In this document: positions 44,531 to 57,000 of the stretch, one piece after another
Position numbering within the stretch: the first letter of the stretch is position 1
Layout of the letters: every line of letters starts with the position of its first letter
IMG/VR virus record: IMGVR_UViG_3300045988_054045
DNA length: 64,000 bases
Source: a virus
Strand: one strand, 5' to 3'
Position numbers and translations under genes: made by a program
Notes under the pieces: model-generated
Told to the model about the DNA's origin: nothing
What the model saw: only the letters and a program-made list of their open reading frames with translations
The model's database searches: none

Positions 44531-47500
44531 ATGTCACAAGTAATAAGAAAGTACAACTCTGGAGGTCAAACTGACAAACCTAAGCTTCTGAGTATAAAAG
44601 GGCTAGGCGACTTTAACCAAGATGACCTAATAAAGAGAGGTTATAGAGATGTGGATGAATATACCTCATCTAAGGGGTTAAAGAATGCTGCTGCAGCTGA
44701 TTTTAGGAATGCTGTGCAATATATGCTTGAGGGAATGAACAATGGCACTATAACTATGGATGCTATGGGCAACTTTCAAGATGCAACGGGTCAAAAATCA
44801 AGTACTGGTGAGTTAGATAGAAAGAAATTCTTGGGTATAAAAACAGGGGTTAAGAATACTGAGAATAATGCCTATGGATTAGCTGCTGATTATCTATACA
44901 ACATCATTAAAGGAGCACCGCAGTATAAGCAGCCTGAGGTAAAGGCTGAGAAATTTAACACCAATGACTATCTAACTAAGGAGATTTCAAAAAGATGGTA
45001 TGGAGGAAACAATATAGATTTTGGCAACTGGTTTAAAAACAGGTCAGAGAAAGACCGTAATGCACTCATAGCTGACATCTTTAATAGTGCGGATTATAAT
45101 AAATTGTATCAAGAGCACGATTGGACCGATACTGGTATCAATAGCGTAGAAGACTTAATGGCTCGTGGAAGGGCATTTGGCTCTGCTATTTCTAATAATA
45201 AACTAGACAATGACGATTACAACACATTTGCCACACTAGGTGGTAGTGATTTAGATAAGTTCTTGAGGGAAGCCTCAGTAGAGACTGAGTCTACTCCAGA
45301 ACAGAGTAAAATGAAGGCGTGGGAAGCTGAGGCAGAAGCAGCTGGAGCAACCACTCCTGAAGCTAAGGCTGCATTCATTCAAAGAAAGCAGCGAGAAGAA
45401 GCTGACAGAAATGAAGCTATTATTAAGGCTAACCAACAAGAAATATACGAGAGGGAGAGAAATAAATTCTTCAACGATTATGCTACTCGGAATCCATTTA
45501 AGGAATCCATTCAGTCAGGATATGTCCCTAGCTCTGTATCATATAAACCAGAAGACTATGATAAACCAATAAAGGACTTCTATAATAATAATATTGACCA
45601 ATACTTAAACGATAACCTATCTAGAGATTGGTTTAGAGCTGGTAATACCCAACATATTGCCAATCACATGGATTATCTAATTAATCACTTGAAGATGAGT
45701 CTTCCAGACGCAGGTGATGGGTTTGTGGCAATTCCTTCAACGTTTGATTATAATAACTACACTACAATGGTATATAATCCAACTACTAGACAATATAGAG
45801 AATCATCTATGCTAGTGAATGATGCCTTAAGACGTCTTGCAAATGCTCATTATGATAGTACTCGTACATCTAAGAAGGAAAATGGTGGTGTACTCTATAT
45901 GCAGTTTGGAGGAACGTATAGTGCTGGGGCTAATTACAGTAGCTACCAACAACAGAGAGCACAAGAGAAGAAAACCAAAGAAGAGGAAACCGTTAGACAG
46001 AAAGCTGAATCTAAAGGAAGGACTACTGAGGAGCAGAAGGTAGCTGATAGAAAGCCTGGAAGCATCACTAGTGGTGACTGGACTGGGGCTGATTATACTA
46101 GACTAGCATCTATAGTTGCTGATATTGGTTCTTTGGGTGCAGCATATGTGCCTGTCTATGGTACTGCTGCTTCAGCAGTGTTGGGTGTAGGTAGTTCTCT
46201 AGCCAATTATGGAGCGGATGTGTCTGAGAATGGATTTAAATGGGGTGACTTAGGTAGCTTGGCTATGAACTTAGGCTTAGATACAGTGGGTCTGATTCCA
46301 GGATTGGGAACAGCCGCGAAGGGTAGTAAGATGCTTAAAACAGCTGTTAAGTATATACCTAAAACATTGTCCCTATTAGCTGCATATAACTACACGGGTC
46401 CAGCCATAGAATCCATGAAAAAGGCTATGACACCAGGTGCTGACTTAACAGTGGATGACTGGAGAAATATTGCAGAAGGTTTTAAGATGGTGTTACAAGG
46501 AGGTAAGGGTGTCAAGAGAACTGTTCAAGCTCGTAATCTCAAAAAAGACCTAGCAACAGGTAATAAAGTGCTTACTACGCTAGGTGGTAAAGAAGTATCT
46601 GTAACCCCAGCTCAGTTATCTGAGATACGTTCTCATAGAAAATTGGAAGACCAAGAAGCAGCACTGCAACTGTTACTGAAAGATGATAATTTGAGACTAG
46701 CTGGGGACTTAAATAAAAGGTGGTTTAACCCTTCTCGCTATCTTCCTGATTCCAATATCAGAAATGAGTATGATTTTAACAAGAAAGTGAAGAAGAGAAC
46801 CTCTCAAGGATGGATAGAAGTACCTAGAGTCTATAGTAACTCTGATAAATACATCGCTGCTACTATGCAGCAGAACGTTGCTAAGATTCCAGGTGTTGAT
46901 GAGCTATCAATGAAGTATAATGATTGGAAGTACAGGGTAGAAAAGAGTCCAAAAAGTAATAAGGGTAAAAAGCCAAGCTCACAAAAGGAAGCTCCTAAGG
47001 AAATGCTAGCTTTACCAGCCCCAGGTCAAACACATAGAGTATTTCACATGGGTTCTGGACAACCTAAGGTACCTCAAGATGTAACAAATCCATCTAACCT
47101 TAGTAAACCAGGAACATATCAGGATAGAGCTGTCCATGTAGGAGGTACTCCAGTTGAGTCTCCAAATGCTAATGCAGTAAGGACAGTTAGGACTATAAAT
47201 TCTATTTTAGAGCCATTCGTTCCTAAGACTACAAACTTGCCAGCTGTCATCCCTGCATCTAGAAATGCTAACAAGGTAGTTGCTTCACAAACTATACAAC
47301 CTTCACAGAGGTTAGACCAGTTTATTGAAGGGCAAATACCAGGAGGAAGGCAGTTTGGTAAACAAAGAGCTAAAACTGAGAGGGAATATAGAGATGTATT
47401 CCATCCTGTAGCAGAACGTGAGTATAATGCAGTTTGGGATGAAGCAGTTAGAAATAGGAAGGACTTTGGATATGAAGAAGTCTTCCCTAAGAGAAGTCCT

Positions 47501-49249
47501 TATGCTCCTCCTACTCCTACAGAGGTATATGTAGTACCAGAAGGTGCTATGAAAGACCCTAATGCAAGGTATCTTTGGGAACTTATAAACAAGAAACCTA
47601 ATACTAACCATACTAAGAGGGCAGACTTACCTCATAAGAAGTCAAATAAAAAGAAGAAAACTTCTAAAGATGATAGAGTTACTAAGAAAGCAGAGGGCGG
47701 ATTAATTCAATTCTTACAAGGTGGTGATACAGTAGGAAGAATCAAGGCTAAAGATATGTCTAACTGGAATAGAGCATCTGCTCTGGCTAACTATGATTGG
47801 GTAGCTGATATTGATAGGTGGAAAGCTTCACATACTGGACCAGATGATTGGCGTTCTTCTTATATGCTCTCTTTTAATGGCGGAGAAGATATATATGACC
47901 AATTAACTGATAAGACTGGAGATTACTTCGGTGGTAAGTATAATTACTCAGTACAAGACCCATTAGCTAAACAAAGACAAATTACCTTTAGAGGAACTAA
48001 TCAAGGCTTTGATGACCTAATTAGAAATGGTATCGTAGGCTATGGTACTACAGAAGGTACAACTGGATTTGACGTGTATGCTGGTGATAGAACTGGTAAC
48101 AGAACGCTTGCCCGTGGAATGACTCCCGAAGACGTTGCTCGCTTTAATAAGCAATTAGCAACCAGAGGAATGGAGTTATATGACAAGGGTAATGGAACCT
48201 ATCGACTAAGAGCACTTCAGGAACCGACTCAACACCTAGACGAGGTTGTAGTTACAGCTCCTAAAGTAGCAGCTAGTGATACAACTAACCCATCTGGTAT
48301 AAAGCGTGTAACAAGTACTCCTAAGAAGAAGCTTAAACTTAATGTAGCTCCAGAGGAAGTATTAGCTTTAGGTAGAATGGTTGGTGGTTTGGCAGCTAAC
48401 AACAGGGCAGCTAAAGTATATAAGGAAGGACTAAAGCCAACCTTATTAGATACATTTGAGAATACTGTTCCACTTCAAGGTAATTTCCAAGCTAAGACCA
48501 ATGCAGAGCAACAAGCAGGTAATTTAGAATCTGTAGCTGCAAGACCTAGAACTTCTGATGCTTCACTACAGTTAGCTGGAGAGTTAGAGGCTAGTGATAG
48601 AGCAGGACAAGCTAGATTCCAAGGTGGTCTTCAAGATGCTGAAATGTTCTATAAAACTAGGATGTTAGGACAACAAGAATCTGATGCTGCTAAGGCAAGA
48701 AGAGTAGAGGTTGCTAACAGGAATAGAGCTTCAATGAATGCTATAGATGCAGCTAAGAAGCAGATTGATGCTGGAAGAATAACTGCTAATTATCAGCAAG
48801 TTATTGCTCCTTATTTAGCTGGTGTAGAGAATAGATTCAGACAAGCTAGAGGTATGAAGAATCAGTTAGCTTTAGAGTCTTATCTAAACAGAGTTGGTTC
48901 AGAATACGATACTGAATTAGCTAAGATTGGAGAGACTTACAAGAATGACCCAGTAGGGGCACAAAGAGAAATATCTAAATTACGCTCCAAGTATCAGTCA
49001 GATGCACTGAAAGAAAGAACATCACTGATAGATACTCCCTGGTTAGTTAGATTTAGTGGAAAGGGTTCTAAGCTGTCCTATGCTGAAAAAGCTATGCTTC
49101 AAAGGGCTAAGGATTTCAATAAGAGACTATCAGATGATAATAAACAATTTCATAAAGATATAATGGAATCTAAGAGGGAGCATAACAAGATGATTGCAAA
49201 TATGTCTGCTCTCACTGCTGCACTTATAAAGAAAGGAATGCAACTATGA
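44531..49249 (+). CDS. giant protein 1 (1572 aa), candidate virion/ejected protein
   Basis: Uninterrupted ORF. Gly-rich hydrophobic segment (about nt 46080-46410), internal KKxxGGxxxxxxGG motifs, C-terminal coiled-coil-like Ala/Gln/Arg-rich region. Confidence 0.8.
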   Translation: MSQVIRKYNSGGQTDKPKLLSIKGLGDFNQDDLIKRGYRDVDEYTSSKGLKNAAAADFRNAVQYMLEGMNNGTITMDAMGNFQDATGQKSSTGELDRKKFLGIKTGVKNTENNAYGLAADYLYNIIKGAPQYKQPEVKAEKFNTNDYLTKEISKRWYGGNNIDFGNWFKNRSEKDRNALIADIFNSADYNKLYQEHDWTDTGINSVEDLMARGRAFGSAISNNKLDNDDYNTFATLGGSDLDKFLREASVETESTPEQSKMKAWEAEAEAAGATTPEAKAAFIQRKQREEADRNEAIIKANQQEIYERERNKFFNDYATRNPFKESIQSGYVPSSVSYKPEDYDKPIKDFYNNNIDQYLNDNLSRDWFRAGNTQHIANHMDYLINHLKMSLPDAGDGFVAIPSTFDYNNYTTMVYNPTTRQYRESSMLVNDALRRLANAHYDSTRTSKKENGGVLYMQFGGTYSAGANYSSYQQQRAQEKKTKEEETVRQKAESKGRTTEEQKVADRKPGSITSGDWTGADYTRLASIVADIGSLGAAYVPVYGTAASAVLGVGSSLANYGADVSENGFKWGDLGSLAMNLGLDTVGLIPGLGTAAKGSKMLKTAVKYIPKTLSLLAAYNYTGPAIESMKKAMTPGADLTVDDWRNIAEGFKMVLQGGKGVKRTVQARNLKKDLATGNKVLTTLGGKEVSVTPAQLSEIRSHRKLEDQEAALQLLLKDDNLRLAGDLNKRWFNPSRYLPDSNIRNEYDFNKKVKKRTSQGWIEVPRVYSNSDKYIAATMQQNVAKIPGVDELSMKYNDWKYRVEKSPKSNKGKKPSSQKEAPKEMLALPAPGQTHRVFHMGSGQPKVPQDVTNPSNLSKPGTYQDRAVHVGGTPVESPNANAVRTVRTINSILEPFVPKTTNLPAVIPASRNANKVVASQTIQPSQRLDQFIEGQIPGGRQFGKQRAKTEREYRDVFHPVAEREYNAVWDEAVRNRKDFGYEEVFPKRSPYAPPTPTEVYVVPEGAMKDPNARYLWELINKKPNTNHTKRADLPHKKSNKKKKTSKDDRVTKKAEGGLIQFLQGGDTVGRIKAKDMSNWNRASALANYDWVADIDRWKASHTGPDDWRSSYMLSFNGGEDIYDQLTDKTGDYFGGKYNYSVQDPLAKQRQITFRGTNQGFDDLIRNGIVGYGTTEGTTGFDVYAGDRTGNRTLARGMTPEDVARFNKQLATRGMELYDKGNGTYRLRALQEPTQHLDEVVVTAPKVAASDTTNPSGIKRVTSTPKKKLKLNVAPEEVLALGRMVGGLAANNRAAKVYKEGLKPTLLDTFENTVPLQGNFQAKTNAEQQAGNLESVAARPRTSDASLQLAGELEASDRAGQARFQGGLQDAEMFYKTRMLGQQESDAAKARRVEVANRNRASMNAIDAAKKQIDAGRITANYQQVIAPYLAGVENRFRQARGMKNQLALESYLNRVGSEYDTELAKIGETYKNDPVGAQREISKLRSKYQSDALKERTSLIDTPWLVRFSGKGSKLSYAEKAMLQRAKDFNKRLSDDNKQFHKDIMESKREHNKMIANMSALTAALIKKGMQL

Positions 49250-51084
49250 AATTAATTGATAAGCTACAACAAGGCGGGGGTATGCCCGCCTTTGTTAGCT
49301 ACACTAATGTACCCCAACCTCAAGTAGCTGCTCCCTATTCACCTGCAACAACTAGTAAGGAGGAATCAGACGGTTCTGTTGGGCTACTAGACAAGAATAT
49401 GGTAAAATTTTTATATGAGAATGGTATACCTAGTGATGTTGAAGCATTTATAGAAACTTCAGGTATATTCTCAGATAATATATATAAAAACCCCTTTAAG
49501 AAGGAAGATGCCACCGTCCAATATAAGACAATATTGAAAATGCTTCCTAGAATAAAGGCAGAAAATGAAAGATTTAAAAGTGCTATGACACAGGCGGACA
49601 AAAATGGTGGACTTGGAGAAATTGCAGTGACTGACGGTGGTCATGTAATTACGGTTAATGCTGAAGGCAAGTTACAGAAGAAGTCATTAAATGATGTAGA
49701 CCTCAATTCTGAACAAATATTAACTAATTCTGAGTTAGCTAACTATCGTGCCAATAGTGTTAGTGCAGCCTTTAATACTGACCTAACAAGTATTATAAAT
49801 AATGCTATAGGTGTTCCTAAAATCACCGAGTATATACAGTCAGTAATTAATAAGCTGGGAACTACCTCTATGTCCAGAGAGGGGTATGTAGGGCAGCAAT
49901 CTGGAAAAATATTGAAAGGTATAGAGTATCTAACTGCTTTGCAGCCAAGTAGGGAAGACCTATCTGGAATGTCAGTAGATGGTCTTTATAAGATGTCTAG
50001 CTTAGACAAGTCCCAGCAGGCTCAAGCTAATCAAGCATTAGGCTACTTGTTAGCTTCCTTGCCAAGAAATATGAGGACGGTTTTACAAGCTAAGGCAGCT
50101 ATGTACTTAGGAGATAATTCTGGAGAAGGGGTTAAGAAATTGTTGATGTCCTTAACTCAATCAGCATTGAGTGGGGAACATACTATAAAACTAGACCTAC
50201 AAGAGAAAATGGATGCTAAGGGGAATACCAAATCATCTGGTAGTAAGGATAACAATATTACAGACCCTGCTAAAGCATTCCTACTGGGATTGGGTGAGAT
50301 TAAGAACCATAAGATTAACAATGGAAATTCTTATAGTTTAAATCTTCCTGGTAATAGTGCCCCAATGGTCGATACATCTGGTAAGACTATAGGAAGTGCT
50401 ACGTTAGAGGATGCTGCAAGGAGTACATTCTCTGGAGTATTAGATTTTAAGAATGCTACAATGGGAGGACAGTTATTAAACTCTTCACAAAGGAGTAGGG
50501 TAGCTATAGATGGCTCAAATGTGGTGGCTGTAGACCTACCTATTGACGTAGAGGCGTTACAGTCTGGAGTTCTTAAACCTGATATAGATTCTTTAAAGAG
50601 ATTAGAATTAGCTGAAAATGAGATTAGAGAGGGAGATATAAAGGACGAAGCTCAGAAAAATGAGATTTATGCTAAGTATAAATTGCCTTACAAATATGTA
50701 AATGGTCAAATTAATACTTCTGCTTACGGAAGATTTGCTATATTAGACGCATCAGCTGATGAATCTGCATTTGCGGAAGACCCAACAATGGATGATACAC
50801 TTAGTGAGGTTACTGACATTAATGAAAGAGAAAGTATAGAAAGAATACTAAAAGCTGCTGATGCATCATTTAAGATGAGTCAGCCAGGTCTATTCTCCAG
50901 TGGTAACAACGTATATTCTGGTTCAGTTTATATTCCTGTGAGACAGAATCTTATTAATGCCTCTCTTGGCTCTGGTCATTATCCAACAATGCAGGGTAAT
51001 GATGCTATGGATATAGAAGCTAAGGAGCAACAAAAGCAAAAGTTACAAACCTATGTGCCAAGTCCTTCTCTATCTACACTATAA
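49246..51084 (+). CDS. large protein (612 aa), unknown function
   Basis: ATGA overlap. N-terminus MKLIDKLQQGGG. Confidence 0.75.
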   Translation: MKLIDKLQQGGGMPAFVSYTNVPQPQVAAPYSPATTSKEESDGSVGLLDKNMVKFLYENGIPSDVEAFIETSGIFSDNIYKNPFKKEDATVQYKTILKMLPRIKAENERFKSAMTQADKNGGLGEIAVTDGGHVITVNAEGKLQKKSLNDVDLNSEQILTNSELANYRANSVSAAFNTDLTSIINNAIGVPKITEYIQSVINKLGTTSMSREGYVGQQSGKILKGIEYLTALQPSREDLSGMSVDGLYKMSSLDKSQQAQANQALGYLLASLPRNMRTVLQAKAAMYLGDNSGEGVKKLLMSLTQSALSGEHTIKLDLQEKMDAKGNTKSSGSKDNNITDPAKAFLLGLGEIKNHKINNGNSYSLNLPGNSAPMVDTSGKTIGSATLEDAARSTFSGVLDFKNATMGGQLLNSSQRSRVAIDGSNVVAVDLPIDVEALQSGVLKPDIDSLKRLELAENEIREGDIKDEAQKNEIYAKYKLPYKYVNGQINTSAYGRFAILDASADESAFAEDPTMDDTLSEVTDINERESIERILKAADASFKMSQPGLFSSGNNVYSGSVYIPVRQNLINASLGSGHYPTMQGNDAMDIEAKEQQKQKLQTYVPSPSLSTL

Positions 51085-51095
51085 AATCTAGTAAT

Positions 51096-54000
51096 ATGAC
51101 AAATTCAAAGGAAAATGATTGGCTGTTGAATAGAGTATCTAATCCTACCTTTTCTATCTCTGATTTTAAGGCAGTAGGATTAGATGCCACAAACACTTCA
51201 TTAGAAGATGCAAGTGTTTATAAGAACATTCCACAAATTCAAGATAATCCTGCATTTCAAACTGACGGCAAATTTGATGAAGCCAAGTTTGATAATATAT
51301 ATAAATACATGGCTGAGACTTACAACCAGTTGGCTGATGAGTCATATCAGGAGGATATTGTAAGCCAAGCTACGTTCCATAGAGATAATATCTTTGCAGA
51401 ACCTGAACAAAGAAGGAAAGGTCCAGATATTTATCTATCTAGGGAGGCTAACCCTCTTAGACAAAAGAGGGGGGTTAGAAGGTTGAACTTGTTGGACGCT
51501 CCAACTATGTCAGCGGATGAAGTTGCCCAAACCCAAAAAGTATTGGCTAATCCTATAGGAGCATCCAACGGTGCTAGCCCAGTGTGGCATGATTCTCCGA
51601 ATGATTCATTCTGGACTGATTTCTGGGATACTAGGGTCATGGCACAATGGGATGAAGATGGAGAACACGTAGACCCAATATCTAAAGAGCTAGTTAAACA
51701 CAAGAAGGGTGAATTAAAGCTAAATGAAAATGGAACCTACTATTATGAGAATTTAGACGGACGTGATGTTTATGGAAGGAGAGTTTTATCTAAGCTGAAT
51801 ACTCTAACTACTGATGGGTCTGCAATTAATAAATATGACTTCTTCGACTCAGACGGAATTGATAAAAGCGTTGCTGGCTCTCTAGCTAGGAATGCAATTT
51901 CAATCCTTCCTATGTTTATTCCTGGTATTAGTCCCTGGTATATAGGTGCAGGAATTGCCTTAGAAACAACTAAGGTTCTAGCTACTCTAGGTAAAGTGTT
52001 TTCTGGAAGTGACAATAAGTTCCTTTCATCTGTAGAGGGATTTACTAAGTCCTTAGAGCCTACAACCTCTGAATATGGTCAAAGCAATGCCTGGTCTATG
52101 GAGAACTTTATTAACCTGGCTGGGGATGTATTTAAGCAGCTATATGAACAGAGGTGGATATTTAAGTATGCTCCAGCTATAGTAAAAGGTAATCTAATGG
52201 ATGAAGCTGGAATAGCTAAGAAAGAATTGGAGTTCCAAAAAAAATGGGCTACATTGCAGGATTACACCAAACTGTCTCAAAAGGATATAGCTAAACTAGG
52301 TCGACAATTAGAAGAGCTTAAAGCTGTTACAGCATTAAAGGCTCAGAATGATTTAGAGAACTATATGAAGGGCTATAACAAGATAGGAGAAATTCTATCT
52401 AAGGCATATATGACTAGCATTACAGTTCAAGATGCCTATGGTGAAGCTAAGGAGCAGGGTGCTACTGACATGGAAGCAGCACTACTTACACTAGGATACG
52501 CTGCGGGTGAGTATGCTATTATTAATAGTAAGCTAGGAGAATGGATACTTCCAGAACTTAGGATGGATAAAGAGCAGATGAAGCAGGTAGTTAAAACTTT
52601 AACAGAAGGTTCTAGAAAAACTATTGATAATGCTTCTAAGGTTCAGAAAACTGAATGGATGAAGAAAATATTTAAGCTAGGTAAGGATGTTGCCCAAGCT
52701 AATTATTCAATAGGGAAGAGTGGACTAAAGGCTACTGCTGCAAATGCTCTTGGTGAAGGTATAGAAGAAGTATCTGAGGAAGTATTATATGATTTTGCTA
52801 AATCTGTTACCAATCTCGGTATGTGGTTAGCTGGTAGTGATACTCCTCCTTTACAAGCATGGGATAATATGCTAGACAGATATGGTATGTCCTTCGTCGG
52901 AGGTATGCTAGGTGGTGCTATGTTTGATGCCTTACCTAATCTTAGGGCAGCTAGGCAGCTTGGAAGTATGGATAGCAAGCAAGCTATGCAACAACTTGTT
53001 TATATGGCTAGAAATGGTAAAATGAATGATTTCTTAAAGCTGGTAAACAAGATGGAGCTTGGAAACAAGTACTTATCTGCCACTAAACTTGTAGATGGTG
53101 TAGATGGTAAGAAAATATGGGCACAGGGCACAGACTCTGATAATCAAGACCTTGCTGCTAAATCTGAGGTTAGGAGAATAGCTAAATTTGTTACTGATAC
53201 ATTAGCTGCACAAGGAGCTACTATTAGTGATGATGCTTTCTTTGACACACAAACACTTAATGACCTTAGGTTTTCTGCACTAAGAAATAGTAGTGTAGCT
53301 GCTAGTTACCTACAGGATTATAATAGCGTTTGTGAGAAGATTGTAACCCTGACCAATCAGCTTAACTCTCTTGGGGGAACTCAGGAAAGAATGGAAAATG
53401 GAGGTCCCACAGATGCACAAGTAAAAGAAAATGGTGATGAAGCAACTAAGGCTGAGAGAAGCAGACTAGAAGGAGAACTTAAGGCAGCTATTGAGAGAAA
53501 AGAGGCATATATGAAAGGAGAACTAGCTCCTCAGCTTATATATGAGTCTTTATTCGAGATGTCTACCGCTGTTAGTAGTGCATATCTATCTCCAACTCTT
53601 ATACAGTATGCTGAGAATAAAACTGGTAAGAAAGTAACAGATATTCCGAAAAACGAGTTAGAGGAAATATCCAAGGAGTACGAGGGGTGGAAGAACTCTG
53701 GATTTAAAGATGCAGTACGTACTGCCGCTTCCATCCATAAGTCTATAGCTAAAGTAATTGCTCCACTATTTCAAAATCATAGCTTAAAATACTATGAAAG
53801 TTTTGATGAAAATCTGCACTCTACATTAAGTGTCTTACAATCAGGATTGAATGAGTATGTTAATAGGCTTAACGAAACTAAAGACTCAGAGTCATTCTCA
53901 GAAGAGATGTCTCAGTTCAATGTACATTCATCAATGGGTATTATAAGCCCATTATTAGCTACTTTTGGAACTGAATCTGAGAAGTCTACGTTCACCGATA

Positions 54001-57000
54001 TTATAAATACTCCAATAACTGAGGATTATACAGCAGAGGTACAAGCGGAGCAGTATAACAAGTTGGTAGGTAAGTTCTTAGTGTCTCACATAGAGGCTAT
54101 TACTAAGCCTATTATAAATCAAGGTTACATTAATCCAGAACTAAAGAGAGTACTGAGCAGTACCCTAAATTCAGCATATTGGTACTTTATTAATCAGGCT
54201 GAATACTATGGGGATGAGAACAGTTATATAGATGCAACCAAGATGGAAGCAGCTAAAGCTCAAATTGATAAGTTGAAGCATTCAAATATCATTGAACTTT
54301 TAGACCAATTCTCTTTAAGTACTGCCGACTCAGATGTTAAAGTATCAAGTATTCTTGAAGAAACAGATGCTTCTTTAAAGGAGCATATGGAAGACCTATC
54401 TAACTTTAACCTAAATAATGAGAGGTTAGACCAAATTACTGAAGCTCTTTCAGTGATTAACATATTTAAGGCTCAGCTACTTAGTGCTAGAGTAGACAAC
54501 GCCGATTTATCTAATCTTTATGGTATGAATGTTACTATAAATGAGTTAGACTCTGAGGCTAACCTTGCTGAACTGCAATCAAATGTAGCTGACGCAATGA
54601 TGCAAGATTTGGAAGGTATTGAACTACGTCTTAAAACATTCCAAAAAATTATTGCTGCTAACAACGCTCAGAAATTAGGGGAACAAACTAGAACTGCTAA
54701 CAATAAGAATATACTTATCTATGATAGGATAAAAAGATTTATTCTTAGCATCCCTAATGACTGGTCTGGAAGGGCTGAGTTTGAGAGTGTAGTGAGTAGT
54801 CTAAGTAAATTAGAGGAAATATCTGCTGCTAAGAAGGTTAATCTTAATAAGGAGGAGAGGTTCCAAGTTGAATCAGAAATAGTTAAGTTAGATGATGCCA
54901 TATATGATTTCTTTAAAGCTAATAGCGATAAAGTAAAAAATCCAGAAGCTCTATCTAAGCTTATTAGTGTTGACAACTTTGGACTTATAACCCTAAATGA
55001 TAGTATAGAATCTCTAAACTCTAAGTCTACTAGTATAGATGATAATGCTATAGTTTGGTACATCGCCTCTAGAGCCGCAGTTCGAGCTTCTGATTTCTAT
55101 GAAGAATACAGGTCTATTATCAGTGATAAGATTGCACCTATTCCAACTCAGGAATTAGCTACTTATTTGGGATATGCATCTATACTTAATGGAGGTGTGA
55201 TAGAGAACTTCTGTGATGCTGTAAATACCTCCCTAAAGAACCACGCGGATTCTATGACTAATTCTGAGTGGGAGTCTAAGTATGGTAGAGGTATACCAAG
55301 AGAAGGTATATTAGATTCTTTAGTATCTCCAAGATTTGCTAGGGTTGCATTTATTGAGGGTATTCCTGGCAGTGGAAAGACTACTGGAGTATTTAATAAT
55401 CTTATAGTATTATTAAAGAAATATCATCCAGAAGTTCTTAAGAATGTTTGGATAGTTCATGCTACTGAAGATAGTGCTAAAGACCTTGCGAAGAACCTAG
55501 GTCTTGATACAGCAACAACTTTGGACAGGGAGCATTATATGAGAAAAATATCTCAAGAGTGGAAGGATTTCAAAGATTATCCGCAGAAGTCATCTAAAGA
55601 GGTAGACCCAACTTGGGAAGAAGACATTATGGTGTCTATAGTTGACGATGATATATACTTCGATGATAACAATATCACAAGGTCAAACTTCAAAATTAAT
55701 GAGATTTCTGAAGCACCTTCCCTAATCCTTATTGATGAAGTATCAAGACATACAGTTGTCGATATGGACTTAACTAATAGGTTCTCACAGAAGTATGGTA
55801 CTCCAGTGGTTGCAGCGGGAGACTTTGACCAAAGTAAAGCTATTGGTAGACACCTGATTAACTTCAAGGGAACAAATGTTAAGAATACCATACAACTAGC
55901 GCGTCGAAACTTTGTGAGATGTCCTAAGTTGGGAGTATCAATGAGAGCCAATAATCAGCAAGTAACAGTCAATCTTAACAACCTTAAGAGTATTCTGTCA
56001 GACCTAAGAAGCAATAATTATGGCTCTGACATAACGATGCATTACTACCAAGACAATTCTGGACTATTTGGAACTAAAGTCTATAATAGTAAAGACGTAA
56101 ATGGTTCTGTACCATATAGCATAGAATTAGTTAAGGCTGATATTGACCTTATGATTAGTAGTATGAATCCTGATGAGAAGATAGGATTTATCTATTATGA
56201 TACTGATACTGAAATATATAAGTTACTTTCAAGTGCTACTTATAAGGATAGAATAGACTTTAAACAAGGTAACTCTTCACAAGGTCTTGAAGGTAAGTAT
56301 TATATAATTGATGATTCTGCTGGTTTGGAAAACGAAGAGTACTGGGACGACCTTTATACTGGTATCTCTAGAGCTATACAGGGAAGTATCGTTCTACATA
56401 CTAAGGACAACTATAGAACCAGTAACTCTAATCAATTAGCCTCTATTCAAGATTCTTCTACTAGTGTCAGCGAATTGTCTAGGGATGGAATTAAAACATT
56501 CTCCTCTGAAAGAAGGGATATGTTAAATAGGCTTACTTTAGATAGTAAACCCACTGAACTAATTAAGAGAGAGAAAGATACTACTATACCCTCTGTTACT
56601 GTGGTTCCAGAAGTGGGATTAACCTCAGAGACTGCTACAACAGTAACTGATGACGGTACTAAGGAAACAGTGATTATCACAAATAACGGACTTCCAACCG
56701 AGAAAGATATAAGGGATAAGACCTTGGCGTCTAGTGAGGATACAACTCCACCCCCTGTACCTGCAACAAGTGTTAGCCACACCTCTAGTACTAAGACTGA
56801 AGCTATACTTGACTTACTAATGTACACATTCCCGACATTTGAATCTGGAACTACATTTGATGAGAAAGGTAATTTAATAGTAACTCCAGAAAATAGTAAG
56901 AGGTTAGATAGTTATTTCGGATTAAATAGGCTACCTGGAATCCAAGTAAAGAACAAGGAGACTTTTGATGAAGTAATAGGTAATCTAAGAAGTATTATAT

